The position numbers and the translations under genes were made by a program. The notes under the pieces were generated by a model. That model saw nothing but the letters and a program-made list of their open reading frames with translations. It was not told the origin of the DNA and ran no database searches. 64,000 nucleotides of DNA from Kiritimatiellia bacterium (GTDB taxonomy: Bacteria; Verrucomicrobiota; Kiritimatiellia; JAAZAB01): assembly GCA_040767085.1 (NCBI GenBank), contig JAXGPF010000015.1, positions 1 through 64,000 of the forward strand, in the 5' to 3' direction. Shown one piece after another: positions 1 to 8,637 of the stretch (its first letter is position 1; each line of letters begins with the position of its first letter).

Positions 1-636
1 CAAAATGCGTTTGATAATATTTGCCACGAGCACATCGAATACTATACTCTTCTTTCACTAAAATATCTTCTTGACCAATTTGACCTAGACATCTTAGATA
101 TTGAGTTCAATGACACCAATTCCGGAAGTTTCCGGGTAGTCATCTGCAAAAGAGGATTCGGCGGAAAAGACGCGACTATTTTTTTGCGTGACATTGGGCA
201 ATACCGCGTACAATCCACACTTGCATATGAAAAGCATCAACATTATGACGAGCCGCATGTGTATCAAGACTACATGGGGCATCTTAACAGGCTCAAAGCG
301 GAAACAATAGAACTACTTTCATCCTTGGCCGGAAAAGGCAAGCGGATTATTGGATATGGCGCCAGCACCAAAGGCAATACGCTGTTGCAATATTACGGAA
401 TAACGCCAAAGTTAATTGAAGCCATCGCTGAGCGTCAACCTCAAAAATTCGGATTGCTTACCGCAGGGACTTGGATTCCCATTATCAGCGAAGATGAGAT
501 GCGCAAACGCAAGCCGGATTATCTGTTTGTTATGCCATGGCACTTCATGACTGAATTTATCGACCGCGAACGTACATTCTTGCAAAACGGCGGAAAATTT
601 ATTGTGCCATTGCCGGCCTTGCAAATAATCAGTTGA
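1..636 (+). CDS. NDP-sugar C-methyltransferase-like SAM-dependent methyltransferase (5' partial)
   Basis: Frame is open from base 1 (QNAFDNICHEHIEYY...). The HEH motif, GYGASTKGNTLL and the PDYLFVMPWHF...GGKFIVPLP C-terminus are typical of sugar C-methyltransferases. Confidence 0.8.
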   Translation, partial: QNAFDNICHEHIEYYTLLSLKYLLDQFDLDILDIEFNDTNSGSFRVVICKRGFGGKDATIFLRDIGQYRVQSTLAYEKHQHYDEPHVYQDYMGHLNRLKAETIELLSSLAGKGKRIIGYGASTKGNTLLQYYGITPKLIEAIAERQPQKFGLLTAGTWIPIISEDEMRKRKPDYLFVMPWHFMTEFIDRERTFLQNGGKFIVPLPALQIIS

Positions 637-686
637 CACAGCCTTTTATTAATCAATAACTTGAGCCATACGAAAACAAAAATACC

Positions 687-1541
687 ATGACAACACGTCC
701 ATCAACCGCAAGACGATTTGCCTACTTAACGCGTGAGTGGCTTCATACATATGTATATAAACATGAAAAACGATCACGCACGCCTTTTGGTTTCGACTTG
801 ATCTCCGGTAGCTACACCGCTAATCGCGAAATGCTTACTGGCAAATTTGAGCAAGAAGAAGTGTCTGTGGTCAGGGAATTCCTTCAATCATATGACCTTT
901 TTATAGATATTGGCGCGAATATTGGTTTTTATTCATGTATTGCCCTTGGATTGGGAAAGCACGTAATCGCGATTGAACCAAAGCGGAAAAACTTGGATCT
1001 TCTATTCCGTAATCTAACCATAAACCATTGGGCAAATGGTCAATGTGAGGTTTATCCTGTTGGTTTTAGCGACAGAACTGGTTTACTCAATCTGTACGGT
1101 GCAACCGGAACTGCTGCATCATTGCTCAAAGGTTGGGCCGGTCACTCTGACAGGTATTCAGAAATCGTGCCAATCAATACGCTTGATAACATCATGCGAA
1201 CTGTTAGCACCGGTCAGAGTATTTTTGTAAAAATTGACGTTGAAGGTGTAGAGCATTCAGTTTTGAGCGGTGCACTTCATACGCTCGATTATCCTGGTCA
1301 AATAACTTGGCTTATTGAAATATGCCTTAACGAATACCATCCTAATGGAGATAATCCCAAATACAGAGAAACATTTGATTTGATGTGGCTGCATGACTAC
1401 AAGGCATATACCGCAGACTCAAGGCGAATACTGGTCAAGGAAGAAGACGTAGATTCTTGGGTTGCCAACAAAAGTTGCGGCCTAAATACCAATAACTTTC
1501 TTTTCATCCGTGGCCAACATAAAGTTGGCGTGAAAGACTGA
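687..1541 (+). CDS. FkbM family methyltransferase
   Basis: FIDIGANIGFYS SAM-binding motif and KIDVEGVE motif. Confidence 0.85.
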   Translation: MTTRPSTARRFAYLTREWLHTYVYKHEKRSRTPFGFDLISGSYTANREMLTGKFEQEEVSVVREFLQSYDLFIDIGANIGFYSCIALGLGKHVIAIEPKRKNLDLLFRNLTINHWANGQCEVYPVGFSDRTGLLNLYGATGTAASLLKGWAGHSDRYSEIVPINTLDNIMRTVSTGQSIFVKIDVEGVEHSVLSGALHTLDYPGQITWLIEICLNEYHPNGDNPKYRETFDLMWLHDYKAYTADSRRILVKEEDVDSWVANKSCGLNTNNFLFIRGQHKVGVKD

Positions 1542-1632
1542 CCTTTTTAAATACAAGTCAAACAAGGCAAATTCATCCGCCACTATTACCACAACCTGTA
1601 AGGTGTGCGCATTCAAAAGCCTGAAGCCCTTA

Positions 1633-2295
1633 TTAACACGGCTTGATTCGCGCCACAACCAGTCCGTTTGCAAACGGGTAAGGGGAGTGAAACGCTGAAC
1701 GTCTAACGGTGACCCAGTCGCTTTCTTCCCATTCGTTAATGGAATTGACACGGCGCAGGCACAAACGTTCAACAAATCCGTCACCTTCATCAATCAACCG
1801 GTCCAGAGGCTGACTATATCCAACTGGAGCTGTAAAAACCAACGCTCCTTTTGCCGATAATAGACCGCGCAGGTTATGGATGGTTCTGAAAATTTTTCCC
1901 GGATCGCGGGGCGACTCGTCCCATCCCACATGTTCTAGTGTTGAAATACTGACAATTATATCGTATTGATCATCACTTGAAAACGTTTCGGCATCTTCTT
2001 TAAAATAATGTCCTCGCTTTGAGTCTTCGTATTTATCAACAACAGTGTGTTTAAGTGAATGATCGTAGTGAGACAGAACATTGCCGACTTCCAATGCACG
2101 AGCATCCGGATTGCGGTTTAAAACATCCATTATGATGGGTATTTCTACGCGCCTTTCATTCAGCCAGGTTAGGTTATAAAAATGGTCGAAATAAGTATAT
2201 GTCTTGCCCTGCAGTAGAAACTCCCGCTTGCCGCGCCGCGGGATGTTTAGCATCCAAACAAGCCCGGCTTTTAAATAGAAATACTTATGGCTCAT
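1633..2295 (-). CDS. Class I SAM-dependent methyltransferase-like protein
   Basis: NERRVEIP, ALEVGN and YDIIVSISTLEHVG motifs; located in the AT-rich glycan region. Confidence 0.6.
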   Translation of the reverse strand: MSHKYFYLKAGLVWMLNIPRRGKREFLLQGKTYTYFDHFYNLTWLNERRVEIPIIMDVLNRNPDARALEVGNVLSHYDHSLKHTVVDKYEDSKRGHYFKEDAETFSSDDQYDIIVSISTLEHVGWDESPRDPGKIFRTIHNLRGLLSAKGALVFTAPVGYSQPLDRLIDEGDGFVERLCLRRVNSINEWEESDWVTVRRSAFHSPYPFANGLVVARIKPC

Positions 2296-2505
2296 CAAAA
2301 AAAAGACCGCTTTAAAAAGTGAAGGCTTTTATCTCTACGCCTTATCTCACATAAAAATGTATGGTTTTGCCTTTTTAAGTTGCCTGCATCAACTGCGCCA
2401 ACAGTTAACTCCATACTTCCGGTAATAGGCGCAGGTCTGCTCCACGCCGGCCTGTAAATCCGTGACGGAACGTCAGCCAGATCTGTAAATCCCTGAAGAA
2501 GCTTG

Positions 2506-3462
2506 TCAACCACATATTTTCGTTGAATTACGGAAATTATTCCGCAAAAAGTACAAAGGCCGGCGCTTGGTTTCTTCGAACGTCCTCCCGAGATACTGCC
2601 CCAGGATGCCGATGCAGATCAACTGCACCCCGCCCATGAAAATCACAGCGGCTATAATGGAGGCCCAGCCTTGTACCAGGCCGCCTTGTCCCTTATAAAC
2701 TCCAATCATGATTTGCACGACCCAAGCGCCGGCCAGCAGGCAGATCAAAAAGCCAAAGCCCATGGTCCAGCGCAATGGGGCGGCGGAAAAAGACGTGATG
2801 GCGTCAAAGGCTAACCGCGCGGATTTCCAGACGGGATATTTGGTAGCGCCGGCATAACGTGAGTCGCGGTCATACAGCACCGCGCCCTGCCGGAACCCGA
2901 CCCAGCAGGTAAGCCCGCGCATAAACCGGTGCGTTTCGCGCAATTCCTTCACGGCATCCACCGCGCACCGGTCCAGCAACCGGAAATCGCCGGCATTGAG
3001 CGGGGCATCCACTTTGGCCATGGCGCGGAATATTTTGTAAAAACCGGCTGCTAAAAATTTTTTCAACCAGGTCTCACCCTGGCGCGACCGGCGCACAGCA
3101 TAAACGACATCATATCCTTCCCGCCATTTCGCTAATAAATCCGGGATTACTTCCGGCGGATCCTGCAAGTCGGAGTCAAGGATAATCACGGCATTGCCAT
3201 CGGCATGGTCCAGCCCGGCGGTAATGGCAATTTGATGGCCGAAATTACGCGACAGGAGCAGCGCCTGCACCCGCCGATCGGTTTTTTCCCGCTCCATCAG
3301 CCATTCCGCCGAACCATCAGAGCTGCCGTCATCCACGAATAAAATCTGGTAATCGCAGCCCTGCTCCTCCATGACTTTTTCTACACGACAGCAAAATTCC
3401 GGCAGGCATTCAATTTCATTGAAAACCGGCGCCACCACCGTTATTTTTGTTATTGATTCCAT
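2506..3462 (-). CDS. Glycosyltransferase family 2 (GtrB/DPM1-like polyprenol-phosphate glycosyltransferase)
   Basis: VVAPVFNE, FVDDGSSD, SRNFGHQIAITAGL, DSDLQDPP, GDFRLLDR motifs and two C-terminal TM helices. Confidence 0.9.
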   Translation of the reverse strand: MESITKITVVAPVFNEIECLPEFCCRVEKVMEEQGCDYQILFVDDGSSDGSAEWLMEREKTDRRVQALLLSRNFGHQIAITAGLDHADGNAVIILDSDLQDPPEVIPDLLAKWREGYDVVYAVRRSRQGETWLKKFLAAGFYKIFRAMAKVDAPLNAGDFRLLDRCAVDAVKELRETHRFMRGLTCWVGFRQGAVLYDRDSRYAGATKYPVWKSARLAFDAITSFSAAPLRWTMGFGFLICLLAGAWVVQIMIGVYKGQGGLVQGWASIIAAVIFMGGVQLICIGILGQYLGRTFEETKRRPLYFLRNNFRNSTKICG

Positions 3463-3567
3463 TGACGCCTGATTGCATGGATTCAGATCGTTGCAAACCC
3501 GTGTAAATATAATATAATAGCTATAATTTTGGCAAACATAAAATCAAGGCAAGAAAGCCGCGGGACC

Positions 3568-4023
3568 ATGGCCGAATGGATCATTATTGACGGATACAAC
3601 CTCCTCTACCGCCAGGGCGGCGGCAAGGATATGGCCGCGCGCCGCGCCGCGCTGTTGCGGCGGCTGGAACAATCCGCCGGCGCCCTGGCGCCCCGGATCA
3701 CGCTGGTATTCGACGGCGCCATGCGCTCCGCCATCCCGGAAACGGGCAAAACGTTTGTGGAAGCGGCGTTCAGCCCCGCCGGCATGTCCGCCGATGCCCT
3801 CATCGAAGCCATGGTCGCCGCCGCACCGCGCCCGGCCGGCATCCTGGTGGTGACATCCGACCGGCTGATCCTGGAAGCCGCGGCTGCGGCCGGCGCCAAT
3901 GTCATGTCCTGCAGCATTTTTTTGAACACGCTGAATGACGCCCGTGAAAATACCGCCGGCCATATCCGGCGTCTGGCCGCGCGCAGCCGCGGGCCGACAC
4001 TGGGAGAGTTTTTTCCGCCTTAA
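3568..4023 (+). CDS. NYN/YacP-like PIN-fold ribonuclease
   Basis: IIDGYNLL, LVFDG, SADALI and VVTSDR motifs. Start set at ATG 3568. Confidence 0.8.
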   Translation: MAEWIIIDGYNLLYRQGGGKDMAARRAALLRRLEQSAGALAPRITLVFDGAMRSAIPETGKTFVEAAFSPAGMSADALIEAMVAAAPRPAGILVVTSDRLILEAAAAAGANVMSCSIFLNTLNDARENTAGHIRRLAARSRGPTLGEFFPP

Positions 4024-4024
4024 T

Positions 4025-4256
4025 GCAAAGGGGCAAAGGATCAAAGGCACAAAGGGGCAAAGTGTTCAGTATTCTGGCGTAAAACCATAAAACGTTAAAC
4101 CTTAAAACTTGCAAATTCCCCCGCTTCGTGATCTTCGTGTCCTTCGTGGTTAAATTCCAATTTCCGCTTTTGCGTTCTTTGCGTTCTTTTGCGGTGAATT
4201 CCTCCCCTCCTTCGTGATCTTCGTGTCCTTCGTGGTTAAATTCCGATTTCCGCTTT
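4025..4256. repeat. Mosaic of short-period repeats: 8-bp GGNNCAAA run, degenerate AACCNTAA run, two 31-bp modules CTTCGTGATCTTCGTGTCCTTCGTGGTTAAA and one TTTGCGTTC module
   Basis: Read directly: 31-mers at 4124-4154 and 4210-4240; octamer runs at ~4025-4062 and ~4080-4110. Confidence 0.9.
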
Positions 4257-4373
4257 CGCTTTTCCCGCCGGCGCGGTTAATTTGCGATGGTTTGGGATTG
4301 ACGGCGGGGCGAAAATCTGGCAAATATATAGTCTTTTTATCTCAAATTGGCGCCATAGGAACTGCCCTCGGTT

Positions 4374-5234
4374 ATGAACACAAAAAAAATGAATAAAATT
4401 ATCGCCAAGCAGCAACTTTCCGAAGAAGTATTCCGCATTGAGGTGGAAGCGCCCATGATCGCCGCCGCACGCCGCCCCGGCCAGTTTGTGATTGTCCAAC
4501 TGGACACCAATTTCGGCGAGCGCATCCCGCTCACCATCGCCGATTATGACGAGCGCAAGGGCTCCATCACCCTGATTTTCCAGACGGTCGGCCGCACTAC
4601 CCACCTGCTGGCGGATTTGCCCGTCGGCGCTTCCATCGCCAACCTGGTCGGCCCGCTGGGGCGTCCCACACATATCGAGAAATTCGGCACGGTTGTCGGC
4701 GTCGGCGGCGGCATCGGTGTCGCGCCGCTCCATCCCATCGCCCGCGCCATGAAGGAAGCCGGCAACCGCCTGATCCTGATCCTGGGCGCGCGCACCAGCG
4801 ACCTGATCATCCTGGAACAGGAAATGACCGCCCTCGCCGATGAGATCATCATCTGCACCGACGACGGCAGCAAGGGCCGCAAAGGGCTGGTCACGGCGCC
4901 GCTCGAAGAAATCTGCCGGCGCGTCCCTCCGCCCGACCTGGCGGTGGCCATCGGCCCGCCGATCATGATGAAATTCTGCGCCGAGACCACCCGTCCTTTC
5001 AAGGTCCCCACGATCGTGTCGTTGAATACGATCATGGTGGACGGCACGGGAATGTGCGGCGGCTGCCGCGTCACCGTCGGCAACACCACCAAATTCGTCT
5101 GCGTAGACGGCCCGGAATTCGACGGCCACCTGGTGGACTTCGACAACATGATGCAGCGCCTCAAGGCTTACCGTCCGCAGGAGGAAACCGCGCACCACAA
5201 ATGCCACCTGGATGAAGCCCTGGAATCAAAATAA
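4374..5234 (+). CDS. nfnA: NfnA/SudB-like FAD/NAD-binding 2Fe-2S subunit of NADH-dependent reduced ferredoxin:NADP+ oxidoreductase
   Basis: PGQFVIV, ERIPLTIAD, GPLG, GGGIG and DGTGMCGGCRV...CVDGPEFD motifs. Alternative start at 4389. Confidence 0.85.
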   Translation: MNTKKMNKIIAKQQLSEEVFRIEVEAPMIAAARRPGQFVIVQLDTNFGERIPLTIADYDERKGSITLIFQTVGRTTHLLADLPVGASIANLVGPLGRPTHIEKFGTVVGVGGGIGVAPLHPIARAMKEAGNRLILILGARTSDLIILEQEMTALADEIIICTDDGSKGRKGLVTAPLEEICRRVPPPDLAVAIGPPIMMKFCAETTRPFKVPTIVSLNTIMVDGTGMCGGCRVTVGNTTKFVCVDGPEFDGHLVDFDNMMQRLKAYRPQEETAHHKCHLDEALESK

Positions 5235-5235
5235 T

Positions 5236-5338
5236 CACCCTAACACCCTAAAACCCTAACACCCTAACACCCTAAAACCCTAACACCTTAAAACCCTAAC
5301 ACCCTAAAACCCTAACACCCTAAAACCCTAACACCCTA
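5236..5338. repeat. Tandem octamer array (C/A)ACCCTAA, ~13 units; telomere-like TTAGGG-T(G/T) on the minus strand
   Basis: 12 full 8-bp units (one is CACCTTAA) plus CACCCTA, whose final A is the A of the next ATG. Confidence 0.97.
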
Positions 5339-6831
5339 TGTCCATCCATCAATCACCCGAAGAACTGGCGGCGGAAGCCCGCCGCGAATTGGAACGCCTG
5401 ACGGCCCTGAACCGCCCGCTCACGCCGCGGGAGCGCCTGGCGATCCCATCGCAGATCATGCCGGCGCAAGACCCGGCCATCCGCCGCCAAAACATCCAGG
5501 AAGTCGCCCTGGGCTATACCCCCGAGCAGGCGCGCGTGGAGGCCATGCGCTGCCTGCAATGCAAAAACGCGCCATGCGTCGCCGGCTGCCCGGTGCGGAT
5601 TGACATCCCCGGCTTTGTCCGGGCCGTCGCCGACGGCGATTACCAGTCTGCCATTGACATCATCAAGCGCAACAGCCTCCTGCCGGCGGTGTGCGGACGG
5701 GTATGCCCGCAGGAAACCCAGTGCCAGGCGCCATGCACTGTCGGCCGCTCGCTTAAGGACGTTGACCGGGCCGTCGCCATCGGACGCCTGGAGCGGTTCG
5801 TGGCCGACTGGGAACGCGCCCAAAGCCGGCGTGAAACGCCGGAAATCCAGCCGGACACCGGCCGCAAGGTGGCCGTCATCGGCAGCGGGCCGGCCAGCAT
5901 CACCGTGGCGGCCGATGTCCGCCGGGCCGGCCACGCCGTGACCATGTTCGAAGCATTTCACAGGCCGGGCGGAGTCCTGCTGTACGGCATCCCGGAATTC
6001 CGCCTGCCCAAGCAAATTGTTGAAATGGAAATTGATACCCTGCGCGCCATGGGCGTCAAGATCATGACTAATTTCGTCGTCGGCCGCACGCGCAGCTTGG
6101 ACGATCTGCTCAACCAGGACGGCTTTGACGCAGTCTTTATCGGCACCGGCGCCGGTCTGCCGAAATTCATGAACATTCCCGGCGAGAACCTGGTGGGCGT
6201 GTTTTCCGCCAATGAATACCTGACCCGCGCCAACCTGATGCGCGCTTACGACACGGAACACGCCGACACCCCCATTTTCCGGTCGCGCAAGGCGGCCGTG
6301 CTGGGCGGGGGCAATGTCGCCATGGACGCCGCGCGCACCGCCGTGCGGCTGGGCGCCGCGGAAGTGCACATTGTTTACCGGCGCACGGAAAAAGAAATGC
6401 CCGCGCGCGTGGAAGAAGTCGCCCACGCCAAGGAAGAGGGCGTCATCTTTCACCTGCTGCAGAACGCCAAAAGCATCCGCGGCGACGAATACGGCCGGGT
6501 GACAGGCATGGAATGCCTGCGCTATGAACTGGGTGAGCCGGACAGTTCCGGCCGGCGCCGCCCGGTGGAAATCAAGGGCAGCGAATTCATGATGGACTTG
6601 GACACGGTCATCGTCGCCATCGGCAACGATTCCAACCCGCTGATCAAGCAAACCACCCCGCGCCTGCAAACCACCAAGTGGGGCAATATCATCGTGGACG
6701 AAAACGGCCAGACATCCATCCCCCGGGTGTTTGCCGGCGGCGACATCGTGCTGGGCGCCGCCACGGTAATCCTGGCCATGGGCGAAGGCCGGCGCGCCGC
6801 CGCCTCGATCAATGCCCTGCTGAAGGCCTGA
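5338..6831 (+). CDS. nfnB: NfnB/SudA-like (GltD-like) NADPH-dependent flavo-iron-sulfur subunit
   Basis: RCLQCKNAPCVAGCP, CGRVCPQETQC, GSGPAS, GGGNVAMD and FAGGDIVLGAATVILAMGEG motifs; directly follows the nfnA-like gene. Confidence 0.85.
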   Translation: MSIHQSPEELAAEARRELERLTALNRPLTPRERLAIPSQIMPAQDPAIRRQNIQEVALGYTPEQARVEAMRCLQCKNAPCVAGCPVRIDIPGFVRAVADGDYQSAIDIIKRNSLLPAVCGRVCPQETQCQAPCTVGRSLKDVDRAVAIGRLERFVADWERAQSRRETPEIQPDTGRKVAVIGSGPASITVAADVRRAGHAVTMFEAFHRPGGVLLYGIPEFRLPKQIVEMEIDTLRAMGVKIMTNFVVGRTRSLDDLLNQDGFDAVFIGTGAGLPKFMNIPGENLVGVFSANEYLTRANLMRAYDTEHADTPIFRSRKAAVLGGGNVAMDAARTAVRLGAAEVHIVYRRTEKEMPARVEEVAHAKEEGVIFHLLQNAKSIRGDEYGRVTGMECLRYELGEPDSSGRRRPVEIKGSEFMMDLDTVIVAIGNDSNPLIKQTTPRLQTTKWGNIIVDENGQTSIPRVFAGGDIVLGAATVILAMGEGRRAAASINALLKA

Positions 6832-6968
6832 GCAAGCGGCTCAGGGAAATTCACCGGGAAAACCGCAAACCTTGTTCCGCCTTCTGTTTAAAATTTTCGA
6901 TTTCCCGAACGGCGCGCAAGGCGCGGGCCGCGCTGGCGGCACTGCGCGCCCTACCACGGATTTTTCAT

Positions 6969-7454
6969 TTCTTCGCGATCTTTGCGTTCTTTTGCGGTGA
7001 ATATTTCCGCCCTTCGTGATCTTCGTGTCCTTCGTGGTTAAATCCCAAAGGGGCAAAGGGCAGTATCTGGTCCTTTCGCGTTCTTTGCGTTCCTTTGTGG
7101 TGAATTCCTCCCTTCGTGATCTTCGTGTCCTTCGTGGTTAAATCAGAAAAGGGGCAGAGGATCAAAGGATCAGAGGGGCAAAGGCACAAAGGGGCAGAGG
7201 GGCGGAGTGAAGAACTGAAGCAATCCGTCTATGTCAATGTATAGGAATATCAATCCGAGGTAGGGCGCCCAGTCCCTTGGGCGCCGAGGCGGAGGCGGTC
7301 AAGGGACCCAGGCTTTGCCAAGGCTACACCGGACAAGCTGACCGCCCTACCCAAGATATAAATATAGGGGCAGTATCTGGTCCTTTCGCGTTCTTTGCGT
7401 TCCTTTGCGGTGAATATTTCCGCCCTTCGTGATCTTCGTGTCCTTCGTGGTTAA
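6969..7454. repeat. Mosaic of the same short-period modules (three more copies of the 30/31-bp module, TTTGCGTTC modules, GGNNCARA octamer run)
   Basis: Copies at 7012-7042, 7112-7142 and 7425-7454; ~40-bp duplication at 7058-7097 and 7368-7407; octamer run ~7146-7202. Confidence 0.9.
7259..7351. repeat. REP-like element with GGTAGGGCG...CGCCCTACC inverted ends
   Basis: 9-bp terminal inverted repeat with the GTAG motif. The internal module GACCCAGGCTTTGCCAAGGCTAC recurs, inverted, at ~27582-27604. Confidence 0.7.
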
Positions 7455-7500
7455 TGCGTTAGGCGGGCCAGCATCTTGCGGGCGGGCGCGTGCCGCGAAA

Positions 7501-8637
7501 TCACCGGCGGGCGGGCGGCTGGGCAAGAACGGCCTGAATACTGCGGCGCAGGCCGGCAATAAAATTCGCTTCGCTGAATTGCCCGGCATGGCGGCATATC
7601 GCGGACGAATCCCACTGGATGGCGGCGCATTGATCCACGGCGGCCTGGAGCGACTCGGGCGTTTGTTCGCGGAAGAACACTCCGGTCTGGCCATCCGCCA
7701 CCGTTTCCGCCGCGCCGCCTTTGCCGAAAGCCACCACCGGCCGGCCGCAAGCCTGGGCTTCCACCGGCACCAACCCGAAATCTTCCTCGCCGGGGAAGAT
7801 CAAGGCGCGGCAGCCGCGGTATAATTCGCGCAAGTCGGCGTCCGGCACGCGCCCCAGGAACTCGATATTGCGGCAGGCGCCGGCCAAGTCCCGCAGGGCG
7901 CGATATTCCGTACCGGCGCCGGCAATCTTCAAGGGCGCGCCGGACCGGGCATAAGCGCGCACCGCCAGGTCCAAACGCTTGTACGGCACCAGCGCGGAAA
8001 CAGCCAGGTCATACCCGCCGCGGCCGCCGACGCCATCCGGGGCCGGGGTCCAATATCCGGTATTGACCGGCGGATAAACCACGTCGGCCTCGCGGCCGTA
8101 GAAACGCTGGATGCGTGCGCGCACATGCCGGCTGAGCGTGACGAACCGGTCCACACGGGCGCCGGCGCGCAAATCCCACCGGCGCAAGCCCGCCAGCGCC
8201 GGCCGGAGCAGCATCCGCTTGAGGGGATTGGCCCCGAAATATTCCTCGTAAAACACCCAGGCATAGCGCATCGGGGTGAAGCAATAACACAGGTGGCGCG
8301 CGCCGGCCGGCGGTATCACGCCCTTGGCCACGCAGTGGCTGGTGCTGATGACCAGGTCCGCCGGCGCGAGCCGCAACCGCTCCACCGCGGCGGGGAACGC
8401 CGGCAGGAACCAGCGGTACCGCCGGGCGATGCCGGGAATGCGCTGCAGGGGCGAAACATGCACGGGATGGCCGCGGATCAGTTCCGAGACCGACGCGGGC
8501 GCATACACCAGGGTATAAATCGGCGCGGCGGGGAACATGCGGCAGAGGGTTTCCAGCACGCGCTCTCCCCCGCGCATGCCGGTCAGCCAGTCATGCGCCA
8601 GGGCCACCCGCGGAAACTCGTCTGCCGGGTCAGTCAT
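7501..8637 (-). CDS. Glycosyltransferase family 4
   Basis: HDWLTGMRGGERVL, YCFTPMRYAW and EDFGLVPVEAQACG motifs. Confidence 0.9.
   Translation of the reverse strand: MTDPADEFPRVALAHDWLTGMRGGERVLETLCRMFPAAPIYTLVYAPASVSELIRGHPVHVSPLQRIPGIARRYRWFLPAFPAAVERLRLAPADLVISTSHCVAKGVIPPAGARHLCYCFTPMRYAWVFYEEYFGANPLKRMLLRPALAGLRRWDLRAGARVDRFVTLSRHVRARIQRFYGREADVVYPPVNTGYWTPAPDGVGGRGGYDLAVSALVPYKRLDLAVRAYARSGAPLKIAGAGTEYRALRDLAGACRNIEFLGRVPDADLRELYRGCRALIFPGEEDFGLVPVEAQACGRPVVAFGKGGAAETVADGQTGVFFREQTPESLQAAVDQCAAIQWDSSAICRHAGQFSEANFIAGLRRSIQAVLAQPPARR

Noticed and set aside
2295-2513. 72-aa ORF between the GT2 and methyltransferase genes
   Set aside because: No motif or clear RBS; it cannot be supported as coding.
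5236-5338. Eukaryotic telomere contamination or a chromosome end
   Set aside because: The unit is 8 bp, internal, and joined seamlessly to two cognate bacterial genes. It still needs read-level confirmation.
4124-7454. CRISPR array (identical 30-bp repeats)
   Set aside because: Spacing is irregular (86, 100 and 313 bp), the intervening sequences are themselves repeats, the unit is internally periodic rather than palindromic, and no cas genes are in the window.
6841-7694. Small ORFs containing LTTKDTKITK / NHEGHEDHE peptides
   Set aside because: They are translations of the DNA repeat modules, with no RBS or recognisable domain.
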